64,000 bases of DNA, from positions 1,056,001 through 1,120,000 of the forward strand of contig OZ219926.1 in NCBI GenBank assembly GCA_964291405.2, given 5' to 3'. The position numbers and the translations under genes were made by a program. Origin of the DNA: Thermodesulfobacteriota bacterium (GTDB lineage: Bacteria; Desulfobacterota; Binatia; Bin18). Positions 59,559 to 64,000 of the stretch are shown piece after piece (positions within the stretch are counted from its first letter, which is position 1; each line of letters starts with the position of its first letter). The notes beneath the pieces are model-generated. The model ran no database searches. It worked only from the letters and a program-made list of their open reading frames with translations, and was not told the origin of the DNA.

Positions 59559-59762
59559 ATGACACAAGACGCACCCCCGCCCCCAGAGGCCGGCCTGTGC
59601 GCCTCCTGCCTACATACCCGTGAGATTGTGAGTGGCAAGGGCTCCCGCTTCTACTATTGCGGACGATCTGAAACGGACGCACAGTATCCCAAGTATCCGC
59701 GCCTGCCGGTTCATGAGTGCCCCGGCTATCAAGCCTCTCCGACCCAAGAAGTAGAGCCCTAA
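59559..59762 (+). CDS. Small cysteine-rich hypothetical protein (67 aa)
   Basis: GLCASC.H...FYYC...YPKYPRLPV.ECPGY; TTGTCA-N17-TAGGCT directly upstream. Confidence 0.65.
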   Translation: MTQDAPPPPEAGLCASCLHTREIVSGKGSRFYYCGRSETDAQYPKYPRLPVHECPGYQASPTQEVEP

Positions 59763-59787
59763 AAGAGAATTACGGTACTATCGCAGG

Positions 59788-60946
59788 CTAGCGATGGAGC
59801 AGCATCGCGGTCGTGGGCACCCCGTTGCCTGAGGAGACAAAGGCCACCTCGGCATCCGGGACCTGGTTAATGGCCTGGCTGCGTAATTGACGCACGGCTT
59901 CAACGACATTTTCCATGCCGTGAATATAGCCCTCGGATAGGTTACCGCCACTCGTGTTGAGCGGCAGCGAGCCATGCGGCCACAACAGCTTGCCGTCAGA
60001 GACAAAGTCTCCCCCTTCGCCGCGTTTGCAGAAGCCAAGCTCCTCAATCGCCATGAGGACCAGCGGGGTGAAATGGTCGTATACAAAACACACATCCACG
60101 TCGCCGTGCGAAATCCCGGCCCGGGCAAACAGGGCTTTGCCAGTCACCGTGGATTCCGTTTCGGCTTTCTCAACGTTCTTCACCACACGCTGGGCATTCC
60201 ACTCACCCGCCCCAAAGGCCCCACCCATAATATAGGCCGGTTTGTGCGGACAATTTTTTGCCCGGTCAACCGAGGTAATCACCACCGCGGCCCCGCCGTC
60301 GGTTTCCAGACAGCAGTCCAACAAATGGAGTGGGTCGGCGATGATACGCGAGCTTTGATGGTCTTCAATGGTGATAGGCCGACCCCGCATAACCGCGTTG
60401 GGGTTGGTCTGGGCGTGCGTCCGACAGGCAACTGAGATGGCGCCAAAGTCCGCACTCTTGGTCCCGTATAAATGCATATGCCGGCGCGCCGCCAGGGCCA
60501 CCATCTGGGCCGGGCTGAAGAGCCCGTAGGGTTCGAGGTAGGCACCCACACCGGATGCACCCTTACGAACTGCGGCGCGTCCGAAGCGTGGCGTCCCGCG
60601 GCCCGAGCGTTCGTTCATGGCCCGGAAGGCGACCACGTAATTGGCCATGCCGGTAGCCACGGCCATGGCTCCGAGCAGAATCGAGCCGACCGGTCCGCCC
60701 CCACCGCCATAGGGCGCTTCCGCGTAAAAACGCAGTGCCGGGATACCCAGGTTTGCCGCAATATCGATCGGATCGTTATTATCCATGGAGAACTTGGCAA
60801 TACCGTCGATATCGCTCGGCTTGAGTCCGGCGTCGGCAATCGCGTTACGAATGGCTTCAACCGCCAGGCTCATTTCGCTGCGACCTGAATCTTTTGAGTA
60901 TTCGGTGTGACCGATGCCAACGATGGCTGTCTGGTCTCCGTTCCAT
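59788..60946 (-). CDS. Ltp2-like thiolase-fold protein (putative retro-aldolase); +1 frameshift at about codon 3-4
   Basis: YDHF and GYIHG motifs, no catalytic Cys (PYGGGGG). The conserved N-terminus DQTAIVGIGHTEYSKDSGRSE is in frame upstream of 60873 but one base off from ATG 60946 (GGGAGG RBS). Confidence 0.8.
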
Positions 60947-61152
60947 ACCGCCCTCCCGGAACCGAATTGAAGCCGGGATTAGAGCACAGGTCGGCCGGAT
61001 TTACCACAGCCGCACCCCGTGAACGGCTCCATTGAATAGTGTAGGATGGAGGCGCTGTTTCCAGCCTTGGGCAACGCACACAAAACGTGGAGAAATAATG
61101 AGTTGGAAGCCGAGGTCGAGACGTCAGTGCCATGTAAACGGAATATGAGGAT

Positions 61153-62396
61153 ATGGTAACGCCAGCGCGCGCTTCAGACGCGATTCGCCATACGCCGGAG
61201 CCGGCGCGAGCCGCAACAGACCGGCGTCGGAATTCGAGCACGACCGCTCCCGGATTATTCACTCGGCCGCGTTTCGGCGCTTGCAGGGCAAGACTCAGGT
61301 TTCGGCATTTACGAGGGCGATTTTTTTCGGACCCGTCTCACCCACTCGCTTGAAGTCGCCCAAATTGCCAAGGGCGTCGCCCTGACTCTGGGAGCCGACC
61401 CGGATTTGGTCGAGGCGATCTGCCTGGCGCACGATTCTGGGCCATCCACCCTTTGGCCATAACGGCGAGCGGACGCTGCATCAACTCATGCGAGCGCATG
61501 GCGGTTTTGAGGGCAACGCGCAGACCCTGCGTATTGTGACCCTTCTTGAACACAAGCATGCCGACTATGCCGGCCTGAATCTGGCCTATCAAACTCTGGA
61601 CGGCATGCTCAAATACAAAACCTGTATCGATGCAACCGCGATAGCCAACGCGCCACAGATTTGGTCAAAGGCTTTTACGCCGAAGACCGCGCCCTCGTCG
61701 AGACCATCATCCGCCAGACCGGCAGCGGGCGGCAGCGCAGCCTTGAGTGCCAGATCATGGACGTGGCGGACGATATCGCCTATTCCCGTGCACGACTTGG
61801 AGGACAGTCTCAAAGCCGGCTTACTCTCCCCGGCCGACCTGCGGCGTCTTCCGCCAGCGCGCGTGGTGCGCGCGGTCAATACAAAGCTGGCGGCTTGGGG
61901 ACGGACCGCCACTGAAAGCACGGTCCACAACGAACTGGCCCAGATTGCTGACCGACTCGAACAGCTTGAACAGCGCTCTCTTCGAGCCGGTAGAAAAATG
62001 CTGACGCGTGATCTCATTCATGAATTTGTCAGTCCGGTGGCCTGCCAATCCCACGGTCTGATTGATACCGATTTTCCCAATCGAGTCCGTATCGAAGCCC
62101 TCAAGGCGTTTGAATCTTATAAGGTCATCAACAATCCGCGCGTGACCACCCTCAGCCATAAGGGCAAGGAAGTCCTCCGGCGACTGTTTGCCGTGCTGGA
62201 CCAGGGCCAGGAATCCATCGGTCTCTTCCCCGAAGACCACGGCGAGCACTATGAGAACGCGCTGCTCAACGGTGACGAGGCCGCCCGTAAGCGGGTCATC
62301 TGCGACTTTCTGGCTGGCATGACCGATTCATACGCCCTACGGTTTTACAGTCGATTGTTCGTTCCGGGTGAGGGCAGCTTTTATGAGATGTTGTGA
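61153..62396 (+). pseudogene. dgt: dGTP triphosphohydrolase (HD family) with about five single-base indels (pseudogene or sequencing error)
   Basis: Reconstructed across frames: [78 protein letters not shown]. Confidence 0.85.
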
Positions 62397-62423
62397 TTAA
62401 AGCCGTCCAGGCCAGGTAAAGAG

Positions 62424-62660
62424 ATGGAGTTAGTAAAGACAGTAACAAGTAAAGGACAGGTGACTATCCCGGTTGAAGTGCGAAGACTCTTGGGGATAGC
62501 CCCACACGCGAAGGGCGCGTTTATCGTCGAAGACTCCCAGGTTCGTCTTGCTCCGGCGAGCAGTATTGTAGAACGCACAGCAGGAAGCCTGAGGTCACGG
62601 AAGGCAGTAAGAAGTGCGAGGCAGTTACGACGAGTGGCGGAACAGGTCATTACAGATTGA
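62424..62660 (+). CDS. AbrB/MazE-type DNA-binding protein (orphan antitoxin-like)
   Basis: TVTSKGQVTIPVEVRRLLGI. Confidence 0.8.
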   Translation: MELVKTVTSKGQVTIPVEVRRLLGIAPHAKGAFIVEDSQVRLAPASSIVERTAGSLRSRKAVRSARQLRRVAEQVITD

Positions 62661-62689
62661 GTTATTGAGCGTAGTTAAGTCGAAAACAT

Positions 62690-63373
62690 ATGCGCTTCGA
62701 CAAGTTCCGGTTCGGTATCACAGACACCGCACAGGCCCTTGGTCTCAAAGCCGTCTGCTTTGTGATTGAGGGGGTCCACAATCAACCCACACATCCGGAG
62801 TTTGAAAAACTCAAGGCGCAGACGCTGGCCCAGGTGACCGCAGACCTCTCGTCCGAAGCCATACAGGCCGATCCTATTCTGGGGGGTTTTCGTGCCCTGC
62901 ATGACGCGATTGAGCGCTCCAATCGGAAAAATGTGGCCTCGCCGGAAAGCTTGCTCAAGCTGGTCTTACAAACAGGCGGACTGCCGCAGGTCAATCTGCT
63001 GGTTGATATCTATAACCTCGTGTCAGTGAAAACCCGTCTCTCTTTGGGGGCGCACGACCTCAGGGCGATCAACGGCAATGTTCAGCTTCGTCTCACGGAC
63101 GGCAGCGAGACCTTTTGGCCGATGGGTTCGGACAAGCCCAAAGTCGTGAGCCCCGGCGAATACGCCTACATCGATGACGCGCACAACGTGCTGTGTCGCT
63201 TGGAAGTACGCCAGTGCGAGAGAACGAAAATCACCCTCGATACGACCGACGGTTTTTTCATCGTGCAGGGCAATGCCCGGACAGCAGAGACCTACCTGCA
63301 CCACACAGCGAACGAACTCCTCGCCCTCATCAAACGGTTTTGCGGTGGGCAGGCACGCGTGCTGTCGCAGTGA
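62690..63373 (+). CDS. Stand-alone B3/B4 (PheRS-beta editing-like) domain protein
   Basis: SPESLL, LPQVNLLVDIYN.VS, GAHDL, GEYAY.D, TKIT.DT. Confidence 0.85.
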   Translation: MRFDKFRFGITDTAQALGLKAVCFVIEGVHNQPTHPEFEKLKAQTLAQVTADLSSEAIQADPILGGFRALHDAIERSNRKNVASPESLLKLVLQTGGLPQVNLLVDIYNLVSVKTRLSLGAHDLRAINGNVQLRLTDGSETFWPMGSDKPKVVSPGEYAYIDDAHNVLCRLEVRQCERTKITLDTTDGFFIVQGNARTAETYLHHTANELLALIKRFCGGQARVLSQ

Positions 63374-63384
63374 GGCTGCTCGTT

Positions 63385-64000
63385 TCAGATACCCCTTCGG
63401 GAGTCCTCTTCTCCGGTGGGCAGGTTGTGGTCCATCTCGAACGCCGGCTGCTGGAGTTTGGCGCAGTGGCCCACCAGCTTGGCCGGTACACCGGCAACCG
63501 TACAGCCCGACGGGACATTGTTGAGCACGACACTCCCCGCGCCCACTTTCGCGTTTGCCCCGACCTCGACATTGCCCAGAATCTTGGCCCCGGCACTGAT
63601 CAACACCCCCGTCCGAATCTTGGGATGCCGGTCACCGGTCTCTTTTCCGGTTCCTCCGAGGGTCACTTCCTGGAGCATGGACACATTGTCCTCAACCACG
63701 GCCGTCTCCCCAATGACGAGGCTGCTGCCGTGGTCAATAAAGATTCCCGAACCAATGCGGGCCGCCGGGTGGATATCCACGCTGAAGACTTCCGAAATCC
63801 GATTCTGCAAGCAGAAGGCCAAGGTCTTCCGGTCCTGCTGCCACAGCCAGTGCGCCACGCGATAGGCCTCGAGCGCGTGCAAACCCTTATAGTACAGCAG
63901 AGGCGCTGAATAGAACGAACAGGCCGGATCGCGGTCGCGAACCGCGCAAATGTCCGCCCGAACAGCCTGACCGATCTGCTGGTCATCGATCAGCGCTTCC
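63385..64000 (-). CDS. cysE: Serine O-acetyltransferase, 5' part outside the window
   Basis: RDRDPAC, PLLYYKG.HAL, VDIHPAA, FIDH, VTLGGTGKETGDRHPK; the frame stays open to the window edge. Confidence 0.95.
   Translation of the reverse strand, partial: EALIDDQQIGQAVRADICAVRDRDPACSFYSAPLLYYKGLHALEAYRVAHWLWQQDRKTLAFCLQNRISEVFSVDIHPAARIGSGIFIDHGSSLVIGETAVVEDNVSMLQEVTLGGTGKETGDRHPKIRTGVLISAGAKILGNVEVGANAKVGAGSVVLNNVPSGCTVAGVPAKLVGHCAKLQQPAFEMDHNLPTGEEDSRRGI

Noticed and set aside
61153-62396. Programmed frameshifting in dgt
   Set aside because: About five indels in both directions within ~600 bp without consistent slippery sites; error or decay is more parsimonious

Overview
A GC-rich bacterial chromosomal window. 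Gene content (many F420/LLM oxidoreductases, CoA-catabolic enzymes, class I LysRS, clpSA, pspFABC) is compatible with a Deltaproteobacteria-like or Binatia-like organism, but this is inference only. Housekeeping and metabolic genes are icd, sua5, speA-aguB-aguA, ligA, pncB, hisI, clpS-clpA, an M1 aminopeptidase, lysS, an Mla/MCE transporter, pspFABC, dgt and cysE. They are interspersed with toxin-antitoxin modules (two vapBC, higBA, two orphan antitoxin-like genes). Four features stand out. (1) A 10-kb tandem array of five cytochrome c + PQQ dehydrogenases of the polyvinyl-alcohol-dehydrogenase type. Three copies share an upstream promoter-like motif, two are followed by intrinsic terminators, the copies share identical sequence in patches, and they differ mainly in short loops that probably line the active site. 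(2) A ~150-bp non-autonomous element with terminal inverted repeats that carries a REP doublet. It sits at a duplicated CTAG inside a 75-codon gene missing from the ORF track, and removing it restores the reading frame. (3) A REP-associated tyrosine transposase whose coding sequence contains a 28-bp GTAG palindrome found twice more, identically, in intergenic DNA. (4) An ABC-ATPase + TOPRIM-like gene pair resembling anti-phage systems. Several single-base indels (ligA 3' end, ltp2-like 5' end, about five in dgt) are probably sequencing or assembly errors. No rRNA, tRNA or CRISPR array was recognised. All family calls come from motif recognition, not database searches.
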